Shown: piece after piece, positions 20,185 through 29,222 of the stretch
Numbering within the stretch: the stretch's first letter is position 1
Layout of the letters: each line of letters starts with the position of its first letter
Assembly: GCA_945883545.1 (NCBI GenBank)
Contig: CAMCXT010000006.1
Coordinates: 10,051 to 74,050, forward strand
DNA length: 64,000 bases
Direction of reading: 5' to 3'
Source of the DNA: Chitinophaga pinensis
GTDB lineage: Bacteria; Bacteroidota; Bacteroidia; M30B66
Program-made: the position numbers and the translations under genes
Notes under the pieces: generated by a model
Told to the model about the DNA's origin: nothing
Database searches by the model: none
The model's input: the letters and a program-made list of their open reading frames with translations, nothing else

Positions 20185-21100
20185 CTTCCTAAAAGCAGGT
20201 TTGCCCATTCTGGGGATGGCTTTCATTCCGGGGGAAGTGTTCGGACAATCATTTAAACGTGAAAGACGGTTGTCGATACTTCACACCAACGATTGGCACA
20301 GCAGGATTGATCCTTTTCCAGTGAACGACCCTAAGTTTCCAGGCATGGGTGGAGCAGCTAGAAGATCAGCACTGATCAACAGTATAAGAAAAGAAGTTGG
20401 AGATGTACTTCTATTGGATGCAGGCGATATTGTACAAGGCACACCTTATTTCAATTATTACGCAGGTGTTCCAGAGATCCGACTGATGAATGAAATGGGA
20501 TATGAATGCGCGACTTTAGGCAACCATGATTTCGACAATGGCATCGATGGATTGAAAAAGTTGATCGGATTGGCGAAATTTCCATTTGTGAATTGCAATT
20601 ATGATTTCGGAAGCACTGGATTGGAGAAAATTGTTCGTAAGTCGGTCGTGATTAAAAAATCAGGTTTACGAATTGGCATCGTAGGCGTTGGAATTGATTT
20701 GAAACCATTGCTTCCAGCCGAAAATATACTTGGTATTCAATACAACCATCCAGTTGAAATAGCTGACAGTGAAGCCAAAAGGCTGAAGGAAAACGAAAAT
20801 TGTGACCTTGTGATTTGTTTATCGCACTTGGGATATGAATATTCCGACACTAAGGTAAGTGATCGTGTACTCGCCTCACAGACAAGACATATCGACCTTG
20901 TCATAGGTGGTCACACTCATTCTTTCCTAGAAAAACCAGTGCAAGTAGCGAATTTGGAAGGCAGATTGGTGACGATCAATCAGGTAGGTTGGGCAGGTCT
21001 AAGATTAGGTCGAATAAACTACCACTTTAGTAGTATAAACAACACTAATGACCGCCCAATTTCCCAAATAGAAGTTTTTAAAAAGTCAATAGCGATTTAA
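20153..21100 (+). CDS. Metallophosphoesterase domain of a split 5'-nucleotidase/UDP-sugar hydrolase, Tat-signal.
   Basis: Twin-arginine signal RRSFLKAGLPILG. Calcineurin-like motifs LHTNDWHSRID, DAGDIVQGT, GNHDFD, GGHTH. It overlaps the upstream gene by 32 nt. Confidence 0.8.
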   Translation: MEESRKLPRRSFLKAGLPILGMAFIPGEVFGQSFKRERRLSILHTNDWHSRIDPFPVNDPKFPGMGGAARRSALINSIRKEVGDVLLLDAGDIVQGTPYFNYYAGVPEIRLMNEMGYECATLGNHDFDNGIDGLKKLIGLAKFPFVNCNYDFGSTGLEKIVRKSVVIKKSGLRIGIVGVGIDLKPLLPAENILGIQYNHPVEIADSEAKRLKENENCDLVICLSHLGYEYSDTKVSDRVLASQTRHIDLVIGGHTHSFLEKPVQVANLEGRLVTINQVGWAGLRLGRINYHFSSINNTNDRPISQIEVFKKSIAI

Positions 21101-21216
21101 TTTTTTTTTACTGAATTTTTGCTAAATATTTGTCGACTGTAACAACGTGAAGACTTAGAAAGACGGTCAACTCAGGGTTACTACCTAAATCTCAACACAT
21201 TAACACAAAGCACGGA

Positions 21217-22644
21217 ATGGAGAAAACTTTTGAGAAAGTATGGCAGAACTGTCTTGATGTTATCAAGGACAACGTTAACCAGCAAAGTTTTAAAACCTGG
21301 TTCGAGCCGATCAAGCCTGTCAAACTCAACGGTAGTATATTAACGATACAAGTACCTAGTCAGTTTTTTTACGAATGGTTAGAGGAACATTACATTGATC
21401 TTATAAAAAAGACGATCAACAAAGAGTTAGGACCAGATGGTCGGTTGGAGTACTCCATTATCATGGAGAACAACTACCGCAATGCAAATCCATATACGAT
21501 CAACATTCCTGCGGTTAATGCGAGAACCAAAAATCCACCGGTATCTATGCCGATCGATTTGAACAACAATTCAATCAAGAACCCATTTATTCTGCCAGGG
21601 CTCAAGAAACTGAATGTTGAATCTCAGCTTAACCCTAATTATTCTTTCGATAATTTGGTTGAAGGCGATTGTAACCGCTTGGCACGCTCTGCAGGTTTTG
21701 CAGTAGCCAACAAACCTGGTGGAACAGCATTCAATCCACTCCTTATTTATGGCGGTGTTGGTTTAGGAAAAACCCACTTGGCCAATGCTATCGGACTTGA
21801 AATCAAAAGAAACTTTCCTAACAAGACCGTACTTTATGTGCAATCGGAGAAGTTTTGCCACCAGTTTGTGGATGCGGTGAAGAACAATTCTCACAACGAT
21901 TTCATTCACTTTTACCAAATGATCGACGTACTCATCATCGATGATGTACAGTTCTTCGCTGGAAAAGAAAAAACACAAGACATCTTCTTCCAAATTTTTA
22001 ATCACCTGCACCAAACAGGCAAGCAGTTGGTTTTAACTTCCGACAAATCTCCAATTGAGTTGATCGGATTAGAACAACGACTTCTATCACGTTTCAAATG
22101 GGGTCTTTCTGCTGACATGCAGGTGCCAAATTTGGAAACCAGAATTGCAATTCTCGAGAAAAAAATCTACGCCGACGGTATCGATATGCCGAAGGAAGTA
22201 ATTGAATATCTCGCTTATAATATCACAACAAACGTTCGTGAACTCGAAGGTGCACTTATTTCATTGGTTGCACAGTCGACTTTGAACCGCAAAGCTATTA
22301 CACTCGAACTTGCTCGTCAGATGATCGACAAGTTCGTGAAGAATACAACCCGCGAAATTTCTATCGATTTTATCCAGAAAATAGTATCCGATTACTTCAA
22401 CCTTCCATTAGAGCTGTTGAAATCTAAAACCCGCAAGAGAGAAGTTGTTCAGGCACGTCAAATCGCAATGTTCTTCGCTAAGAGCATGACAAAATCATCA
22501 CTTGCTAGTATAGGACTTCAATGCGGCGGAAAAGATCATGCAACTGTTTTACATGCTTGCCGTACAGTAAACAATCTTATCGAGACAGATAAAAAATTCC
22601 GTGTGTATATCGATGAGATTGAGAAGAAAATTGGTAATCAATAA
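21217..22644 (+). CDS. dnaA: Chromosomal replication initiator protein DnaA.
   Basis: DnaA N-terminal domain, AAA+ core (LLIYGGVGLGKTHLANAIG, Walker B VLIIDDVQF) and C-terminal DNA-binding domain (RQIAMFFAKSMTKSSLASIGLQCGGKDHATVLHACRTV). Confidence 0.95.
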   Translation: MEKTFEKVWQNCLDVIKDNVNQQSFKTWFEPIKPVKLNGSILTIQVPSQFFYEWLEEHYIDLIKKTINKELGPDGRLEYSIIMENNYRNANPYTINIPAVNARTKNPPVSMPIDLNNNSIKNPFILPGLKKLNVESQLNPNYSFDNLVEGDCNRLARSAGFAVANKPGGTAFNPLLIYGGVGLGKTHLANAIGLEIKRNFPNKTVLYVQSEKFCHQFVDAVKNNSHNDFIHFYQMIDVLIIDDVQFFAGKEKTQDIFFQIFNHLHQTGKQLVLTSDKSPIELIGLEQRLLSRFKWGLSADMQVPNLETRIAILEKKIYADGIDMPKEVIEYLAYNITTNVRELEGALISLVAQSTLNRKAITLELARQMIDKFVKNTTREISIDFIQKIVSDYFNLPLELLKSKTRKREVVQARQIAMFFAKSMTKSSLASIGLQCGGKDHATVLHACRTVNNLIETDKKFRVYIDEIEKKIGNQ

Positions 22645-22663
22645 AAAAAGAGAGGATCTATAA

Positions 22664-23125
22664 TTGTCTGTTGTTAAAATTCTCATGGTATGTCTCGGGA
22701 ATATTTGCAGATCTCCGATGGCAGAAGGTATTCTTCGCAGCCACGTCGAGAGAGCTGGCTTGAAAGTTATTGTCGATTCGGCAGGGACTTCAGGCTACCA
22801 TGCAGGTTCGGCGCCAGACTTTAGGGCTGTAAGAACCTTAAAGAAAAACGGCATCGACATTTCAGGATTGTCGGCTCGTCAATTCACAATAGATGATTTC
22901 GATAATTTCGATTTCATTTATGTGATGGATACTTCAAACCTTATCAATGTGCTCAACCTTGCGCGGAATGAAGAAGACAAAAAGAAAGTCATTCTGATCA
23001 TGAATGAAGCAAATCCGAATAAAAATCAATCAGTGCCAGATCCATATTATGGCGGAATTGAAGGATTTGAAGAAGTTTATACCATGCTTGATCAGGCTTC
23101 AACAATTATCCTCAGTCGCATTTAA
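22664..23125 (+). CDS. Low-molecular-weight protein-tyrosine phosphatase. The true start is possibly the ATG at 22685.
   Basis: The P-loop CLGNICRSPMAEG (CX5R) and the DPYYG motif with the general-acid Asp define the family. 153 aa. Confidence 0.85.
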   Translation: MSVVKILMVCLGNICRSPMAEGILRSHVERAGLKVIVDSAGTSGYHAGSAPDFRAVRTLKKNGIDISGLSARQFTIDDFDNFDFIYVMDTSNLINVLNLARNEEDKKKVILIMNEANPNKNQSVPDPYYGGIEGFEEVYTMLDQASTIILSRI

Positions 23126-23833
23126 TTGAATTCTCCAGGAACTCTCTTCCTCCTTCCTACCCTGCTCGCCGATGAGGCTGGCAACGAATGGCTTTGTCAG
23201 AAAGAACTCTCATTGTTCGACGAAATCACCGTTTGGTTTACCGAGAACGAACGCTCTGCCCGCAGATTCTTGCGCAAAGCTGGATTTAATGGAGATTTCG
23301 ACAAGCTGGTCATGCTTCGATTAGACAAAGACACTCCGTCTGCCGAAATTGAAATCATGCTCAAGTATCTGCTCGAAGGAAAAGATGCAGCAATACTCTC
23401 CGAAGCTGGTTGTCCGGGCATTGCCGATCCAGGTTCGAGCCTCGTCCGCGGAGCGCAGAAAAAAAGAATTCCAGTTGTTGCTATTCCCGGCCCTTCGGCC
23501 ATCGTGATGACCTTAATGGCATCAGGTTTTAATGGACAACAATTTACATTTCACGGCTATTTACCTGTAGATAGCGTGCAGCGCATCAAGCGAATTCGTG
23601 AACTGGAAAATCTAGCCAAAACAACTGGATACACCCAGATCTTTATTGAAACACCTTACCGTAACAACGGCCTTTTTGCAGATATACTAAAGGTCTGTCA
23701 ACCGGAAACCCCTATATGCCTAGGAGTAAACATTACTTTACCTGACGGCTACACCAAGACAATGAGTGCTCGTAACTGGTTAAAAGCAATACCTGAATTG
23801 CATAAATTGCCAGCTGTATTTGCCATTGGATAA
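23126..23833 (+). CDS. SAM-dependent methyltransferase, tetrapyrrole-methylase fold (YraL/RsmI-like).
   Basis: TP_methylase-type motifs LLPTLLADE, AILSEAGCPGIADPGSSLV, VVAIPGPSAIVMTLMASG. 235 aa. Confidence 0.65.
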   Translation: MNSPGTLFLLPTLLADEAGNEWLCQKELSLFDEITVWFTENERSARRFLRKAGFNGDFDKLVMLRLDKDTPSAEIEIMLKYLLEGKDAAILSEAGCPGIADPGSSLVRGAQKKRIPVVAIPGPSAIVMTLMASGFNGQQFTFHGYLPVDSVQRIKRIRELENLAKTTGYTQIFIETPYRNNGLFADILKVCQPETPICLGVNITLPDGYTKTMSARNWLKAIPELHKLPAVFAIG

Positions 23834-23841
23834 ATTTGTTG
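23834..23841 (+). promoter_or_regulatory. -7 element TAAATTTG upstream of the five-gene hypothetical operon.
   Basis: Exact match. A TTG lies 21 nt upstream (a candidate -33). Confidence 0.35.
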
Positions 23842-23866
23842 GTGTTTTAAACCTATTACTTACTCT

Positions 23867-24751
23867 ATGGTCAACCCCTGCATAAACCCATACATTATGA
23901 AAACAATAAGCAAAAATGCAATTGCCGGAATCTTTACCGCATTGGCTTTACCACTTTTGATTGCGTCATGTAACAAGAAAGATGACGTAGATTCTGATAC
24001 AAATACTGCTAAAAACGAAAGTACAGTAGAAAGTTATTACATCGAGATTAACGACATTTCTGATCAAGTTGCTAGAACTGGAAACGCTTCTGGTTTTAAG
24101 GTTACAGAAGATCAAGGGACATTGTTGAGCTCTTGCGCTGTAATTACATTTGATACATCTTCTACTGTTTCTGCGAGCAACCCCGACACCACGATTGTTG
24201 ATTTCGGAACTGGTTGCATCGGGAATGATGGAAAATCTAGAAGCGGAAAAATTATTATCAGTAGCACAGGTCGCTATTTCGACCAAGGAACGGTTGTAAC
24301 CATCACTCCACAAAACTATTTCGTGAATGGAAATGGTGTAGGTGGCAGTCGAATTGTAACCAATACTGGAAACAACGCAAGCGGGCAGCCTACCTTCACA
24401 GTTCAAGTAAATGGCACAGTAACTTTAGCCAACAATGGCGGAACAATCACTTGGTCAGCTTCAAGAGTTAGAACATGGATTGCCGGTTACGATACTCCAC
24501 TCTTGTTTGCCGACGATGAAATCAGTGTAACAGGAAGTTCAAATGGTACCAATGCTTCAGGAGGAAGCTGGACTTGCGTAATTAACACACCGCTGGTTCA
24601 CAAACGTTCTTGCAGAGAAATTGTAAGCGGTTCAAAAACCGTAACACCATCATCTCGACCTGTTCGATTAGTCAATTACGGCAATGGCGAATGCGACGAT
24701 ACCTTCGAGGTAACCATCAACGGAAACACATATACCATCACAATGAACTGA
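23867..24751 (+). CDS. Hypothetical lipoprotein, first gene of an uncharacterised operon. The likely start is MKTISKN at 23897.
   Basis: Lipobox LLIASCNKKDD. The Thr/Ser/Gly/Asn-rich beta-strand-like sequence has no enzymatic motif. It is preceded by a TAAATTTG -7 motif at 23834..23841. Confidence 0.5.
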   Translation: MVNPCINPYIMKTISKNAIAGIFTALALPLLIASCNKKDDVDSDTNTAKNESTVESYYIEINDISDQVARTGNASGFKVTEDQGTLLSSCAVITFDTSSTVSASNPDTTIVDFGTGCIGNDGKSRSGKIIISSTGRYFDQGTVVTITPQNYFVNGNGVGGSRIVTNTGNNASGQPTFTVQVNGTVTLANNGGTITWSASRVRTWIAGYDTPLLFADDEISVTGSSNGTNASGGSWTCVINTPLVHKRSCREIVSGSKTVTPSSRPVRLVNYGNGECDDTFEVTINGNTYTITMN

Positions 24752-24790
24752 TAACCATTCAGTTTTTATGAAGAAGGCTGCTCAAATTGA

Positions 24791-26446
24791 GTGGCCTTCT
24801 TTGTTTTATCATGGATGGCTCGATACGAATTGCTATTTTCGCAGAACATGAAAATAATTTACAGTCTCATTTCCTCTTTCACTCTGTTGCTCATCATTGC
24901 ATCATGCAGCAATGAAGAAAATACGAGTTGGGAAAATGAGTTAATCGGACCGCTTGCGGAAACTAAACTAACAGTTGAAGACATCATACCTGATTCTCTG
25001 ATAATCAGTAATCCAGGCGATCCATTGGTTATCCGATACGAATCAATTTTAAGCTTGATTCCATCCGATTCTATCCTGTCGATTCCAGATACCACCATCG
25101 AGAATTCTTTTAGTTTACCAATCGACTTTAACCTTCCTAGCGGTTTTGAAGTGTTTGATATCAACCAATTGATTCGTTTCAATTATGGTGATCTTCAACT
25201 TACTCAAGCAATATTGGAATCTGGTAGCTTAGAATCGGAAATTACCTCTTCGCTCGATGATCCGATTATATATGGATATTCAATCCCATCAGCTCTGTTT
25301 TCGGCAGTTCCTTTCAGTTTAAGCAATCAAATTCTCGCACCAGGCTCAGCAACAAATCCAAGTATTGAACAAAGATCCTTTAGTTTGGCTGGGTATAGCT
25401 TAGATCTCCGCGGACAGGACCTCAACTCAAGCAATGAAGTTCAATTAATTCTCGACGCGAAACTTGATCCTTCGGGAGATGGAAGTCCGGTGTTGGCTAA
25501 CGTTCCTGCTATTAAGTTCAAGAATACCTTCAAAGACTTCAGACCTTATTTTGCCAAAGGATATTTAGGTCGCCAAATTTTCGACAATTCCAATGAGAGT
25601 TCCGATCTTGGATTTATGCGCAACCTCGAAGGGAACCTCAACCTAGATGATGCCGTTTTGGATCTAGAACTTGAAAATTCGGTTGGTGCAGATTTCTCCT
25701 TTTTGGTGGAGCAGTTGAAAGGTGTTCGAACCTCAACCAATACACAAGTTTCGTTGAACCATCCAATAATTGGGAACATTCAACAAATGGGCAGAGCGCT
25801 GAATGTGGCACAAAATGGTAATCCTTACACACCTGCTGTTCGCAACTATCAATTTAATGCAGGCAATTCGAACCTTGTACAGATGTTAGAATTGCTTCCC
25901 GATCAGCTTCAATACTCAGTAAGAGCCGAATTGAACCCTTTGGGAAATATCTCATCTGGCAACGACTTTATCTACAGTTCGAGCAATGCTAGAGCAAAAG
26001 TGGCAGTTACAATGCCGCTGAAATTTGCAGCCAATGCTTTGGTATTTCAAGATACAATCAGCACAGCAGGTTTAGAAAACGCCACCGATAGTCCAGTGCA
26101 AAATGCTGATTTGAAATTCTTCGTTCAAAACGGTTTTCCTTTCGATTTGATGACTGAATTCTGGTTGCTTGACCAGAACAAAGCTTTGATCGATACCATT
26201 TTGATCAACCAAAATGTTCCTGCAGCGCCCGTTGATGCTGATTTGCGTGTAATTTCACCGACGAAGCATATTCTGCAAGCGAAGATCACCCCAGCCAGAT
26301 TGAATGCCCTGGAAAAAACCAAATACATTGTTGTAAGGGTTCGCCTAAATACACAACCAGAAAACACGTTGCTTCCAATGTATGCAGATTACTTTGTGAA
26401 GGTGCAATTAGCCGGAAGAGGAATTTACACAGTAAAACTAAAATGA
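24791..26446 (+). CDS. Hypothetical lipoprotein. The likely start is MKIIYSLISS at 24850.
   Basis: Lipobox LLIIASCSNEEN, ~532 aa, no recognisable motif. The stop overlaps the start of the next gene (ATGA). Confidence 0.5.
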   Translation: MAFFVLSWMARYELLFSQNMKIIYSLISSFTLLLIIASCSNEENTSWENELIGPLAETKLTVEDIIPDSLIISNPGDPLVIRYESILSLIPSDSILSIPDTTIENSFSLPIDFNLPSGFEVFDINQLIRFNYGDLQLTQAILESGSLESEITSSLDDPIIYGYSIPSALFSAVPFSLSNQILAPGSATNPSIEQRSFSLAGYSLDLRGQDLNSSNEVQLILDAKLDPSGDGSPVLANVPAIKFKNTFKDFRPYFAKGYLGRQIFDNSNESSDLGFMRNLEGNLNLDDAVLDLELENSVGADFSFLVEQLKGVRTSTNTQVSLNHPIIGNIQQMGRALNVAQNGNPYTPAVRNYQFNAGNSNLVQMLELLPDQLQYSVRAELNPLGNISSGNDFIYSSSNARAKVAVTMPLKFAANALVFQDTISTAGLENATDSPVQNADLKFFVQNGFPFDLMTEFWLLDQNKALIDTILINQNVPAAPVDADLRVISPTKHILQAKITPARLNALEKTKYIVVRVRLNTQPENTLLPMYADYFVKVQLAGRGIYTVKLK

Positions 26447-27792
26447 TGAAAAAGGTAGTTTTTAGTTTTCTGTTGATTGTCGAAAGTTTCGCGAGCTCCT
26501 TAGGTCAATCAAATGAAGCCGCGGATACGGTGAAAATCAGGAACACAATCATGATTACACCTCAACTTCCCGAACTAATTAATTTAGTTTATTTTCACCC
26601 TTACGATTATTTTACTCCCTACAACAAAGCGATTGTTGAGCTTTATGTAGAAGGTGCATCAAATAGCAATGCAATTCCATCTTCGTTTTCGAATGCCTTT
26701 GTGAATCCGAAGTTTATCGACAATGAGTTGAAATCGAAAGCTTACGATCGCCTCAATGGCATGGGAAGATTCGGATTAGAATTAGACTATGGAGTTGAAG
26801 CAGTTGTTTCTCCCGACAGCACTTGGTACCAAAGTGAACAAGCGCTTACATTTAGTGCAGGACGACAGTTGGTGTATGGAGCTGAATTCTCCGAAGATCT
26901 CTTGCGCACTGTATTCAGTGGAAATGCAGCTTATGCAGATCAAACCGCGAGTTTCGACAACAGTAAACTTTACGCAATCGGTTATCAGTATTTTAAAATA
27001 GGATATAGAAAGCAACTCTCGAAAGATCGATTTGGATTTTTCACCAATTTCGGATTTGCAAGAGGATTGAACCACACTGATATTCAATTGAATTCGGGCT
27101 CATTGTACACAGAACCTTCAGGTCAATGGTTAGATTTAGCTTGGAACGGTAGCTATTTCACCTCAACAAGAAGTTCCAACAGATTAGGGGAAAATCCGTC
27201 GAACGGTTACTTGATGGATCTGGGATTCTTTAAGTTCCTAGATCAAAAACACCTTTGGAAGCTCAGTGCTTCTGTGAAAGATTTGGGATTCATTACTTGG
27301 AACGCACAAAGTGATAATTTCAAACGAGATACAAGTTTCCGTTTCACAGGATTGCAGTTTTATGATGTCCTGAACTACGACGATACCACACTAGTAGTTG
27401 GCGACAGTTTGTTAAATCGCCTTCGAGGAGCGGAGGAAAAAGCTTCAGAAATGAAACTACTGCCATTTCAACTCCAAGCTGAACTCCGCTATTTGGCAGA
27501 TCCAAAAACTGGACGCCTCTTGCTCACTGCAGGCGCGCGCTACCGCAGAATCCCAGGGATGCGCGTAGAATATTCTTTGAGAGGAAACTACAGATTAATC
27601 AATACCAAACCACTGTATCTAAACTTGGGCTTCACCTATGGTGGATTTGGTAATCTAAATTCAAACGTTGGTCTGGAATACAAACCCAATCGACACAGAA
27701 TTCAAATTGGAACTATGTACAATGAAGGATTCTTATCTTCAAAATCTTTGTCGGGCAATGGTATTTACTTTAGCTACATGATACTTCTATGA
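26443..27792 (+). CDS. Hypothetical outer-membrane beta-barrel-like protein.
   Basis: Signal peptide MMKKVVFSFLLIVESFASSLGQ. The Tyr/Gly/Phe-rich alternating amphipathic segments throughout suggest a beta-barrel. The stop overlaps the next start (ATGA). Confidence 0.45.
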   Translation: MMKKVVFSFLLIVESFASSLGQSNEAADTVKIRNTIMITPQLPELINLVYFHPYDYFTPYNKAIVELYVEGASNSNAIPSSFSNAFVNPKFIDNELKSKAYDRLNGMGRFGLELDYGVEAVVSPDSTWYQSEQALTFSAGRQLVYGAEFSEDLLRTVFSGNAAYADQTASFDNSKLYAIGYQYFKIGYRKQLSKDRFGFFTNFGFARGLNHTDIQLNSGSLYTEPSGQWLDLAWNGSYFTSTRSSNRLGENPSNGYLMDLGFFKFLDQKHLWKLSASVKDLGFITWNAQSDNFKRDTSFRFTGLQFYDVLNYDDTTLVVGDSLLNRLRGAEEKASEMKLLPFQLQAELRYLADPKTGRLLLTAGARYRRIPGMRVEYSLRGNYRLINTKPLYLNLGFTYGGFGNLNSNVGLEYKPNRHRIQIGTMYNEGFLSSKSLSGNGIYFSYMILL

Positions 27793-29222
27793 GAGCACTG
27801 ATATTGACAGTAGGCTTTTTCGCGATCTCATGGATGGCAGAAGCACAGAATCTTTTCTTTCGCACATATGGAGCGCTCGGGCACTTCAACCAAGCAGCCG
27901 ATATTATAGCGGGTCAAGACAATGGTTTCCTCATTGCTGGTTCAACAGGTGGCTGGGGATCAGAAAATGGCGACATGGTTGTTATACGTACCGATTCTTT
28001 GGGAATTCAAGAATGGTTTAAAGTATATGGAACTTCTTATTCCGAAAAAGCTGTCGATCTGATCGCTTTGAACGATGGAAATTATCTGATCGCAGGAACA
28101 ACCAACCGAAGCCTAAACAGCGATTACGATTTGTATTTGGTGAAGTTCGATGCAAATGGCGACACCTTGTGGACAAAACAATTCGGCACAACAGCCTGGG
28201 ACCTCATGGAAGGAATCACTGAGCTAAGCAATGGAAATGTAATCATGACCTCAACCAGTTATGAGGCTCCTTTCCCCAACGGTGGAATTCTCAATATTTG
28301 CATCGATGCGAGTGGAACTGAATTGTGGCGCGGAGTGCTTCCCATGGGCGATCAACAGCTTTCTGGCGGAATTGTAGCAACCACAGAGGATACGATTTAC
28401 GTTGGAGGTTCTGCATTCAATCCCGACAATAGCAGCATGGATTTCTTGTTGGCAAAATTAAATGCCAATGGAGCTGTTATCTGGACGAAGTTGGTTGGAA
28501 CGACCGAAGAGGATCACCTCACTGATGTTTGTTTGGGATCGGGAGCCTTGATTGGCGCTTGTGGATATACCATGCAAACTGAAACTGCCAAACAAGGAAA
28601 GTTGTACCAATTTGATGCAGCAGGGAATGTTCCTTTCTTTGCCCAAACCACACCCGGAGCACAGTTTGCTAATAGCTTCTCAGCTATCAGATTCAGTGCA
28701 AACGACAATACCATGATTGTTGCGAGTGTATTTAAAGACGGCACAGTTGATCGTGCGGCACTGTTTAGATACACAACCGATTTCCAATTCTTGTGCTCTT
28801 TCGTTTTTCCAGGTATTCAAAACAGCGAAGCAACCGCCGTGTTAGGTGTTGATGATGGGAATATCCTGTGCGGAACCGATTTAGAATTTAGTCCCGGACA
28901 AACCAGTATTTTCGTGAACCGTGCAGCTTTCGATTGTGCAACCGTAAACCTGGAAGTAGGCATTAAAAACAAGTTGGAAAATGAAATCATGGTGGATGTT
29001 TTCCCAAACCCATCGAAGGGTCAATTCAGCTTTGTTACTCCAGTTCAATTTGATCGGATTGAAATTTTCGATATCACTGGTAGAGCTGTAAACTATAAGA
29101 TGAATACAGTTTCAGGAACCTCAACGGTAGAACTTCAAACTCAATCTGCCGGAATCTACATCATGAGCATTTATGGAACGAACGGACAAATTCTTTCCAC
29201 TAGAAAATTGGTGATTGAATGA
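27789..29222 (+). CDS. T9SS (type IX secretion) substrate with beta-propeller (SBBP-like) repeats and a type-A C-terminal sorting domain.
   Basis: The signal peptide is followed by repeated ~50-aa units (...YGTSYSEKAVDLIALNDGNYLIAGTT..., ...DYDLYLVKFDANGDTLWTKQFG...). The C-terminus VDVFPNPSKGQFSFVTPVQFDRIEIFDITGRAVNYKMNT...AGIYIMSIYGTNGQILSTRKLVIE matches the T9SS type-A sorting-domain pattern. Confidence 0.7.
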   Translation: MRALILTVGFFAISWMAEAQNLFFRTYGALGHFNQAADIIAGQDNGFLIAGSTGGWGSENGDMVVIRTDSLGIQEWFKVYGTSYSEKAVDLIALNDGNYLIAGTTNRSLNSDYDLYLVKFDANGDTLWTKQFGTTAWDLMEGITELSNGNVIMTSTSYEAPFPNGGILNICIDASGTELWRGVLPMGDQQLSGGIVATTEDTIYVGGSAFNPDNSSMDFLLAKLNANGAVIWTKLVGTTEEDHLTDVCLGSGALIGACGYTMQTETAKQGKLYQFDAAGNVPFFAQTTPGAQFANSFSAIRFSANDNTMIVASVFKDGTVDRAALFRYTTDFQFLCSFVFPGIQNSEATAVLGVDDGNILCGTDLEFSPGQTSIFVNRAAFDCATVNLEVGIKNKLENEIMVDVFPNPSKGQFSFVTPVQFDRIEIFDITGRAVNYKMNTVSGTSTVELQTQSAGIYIMSIYGTNGQILSTRKLVIE

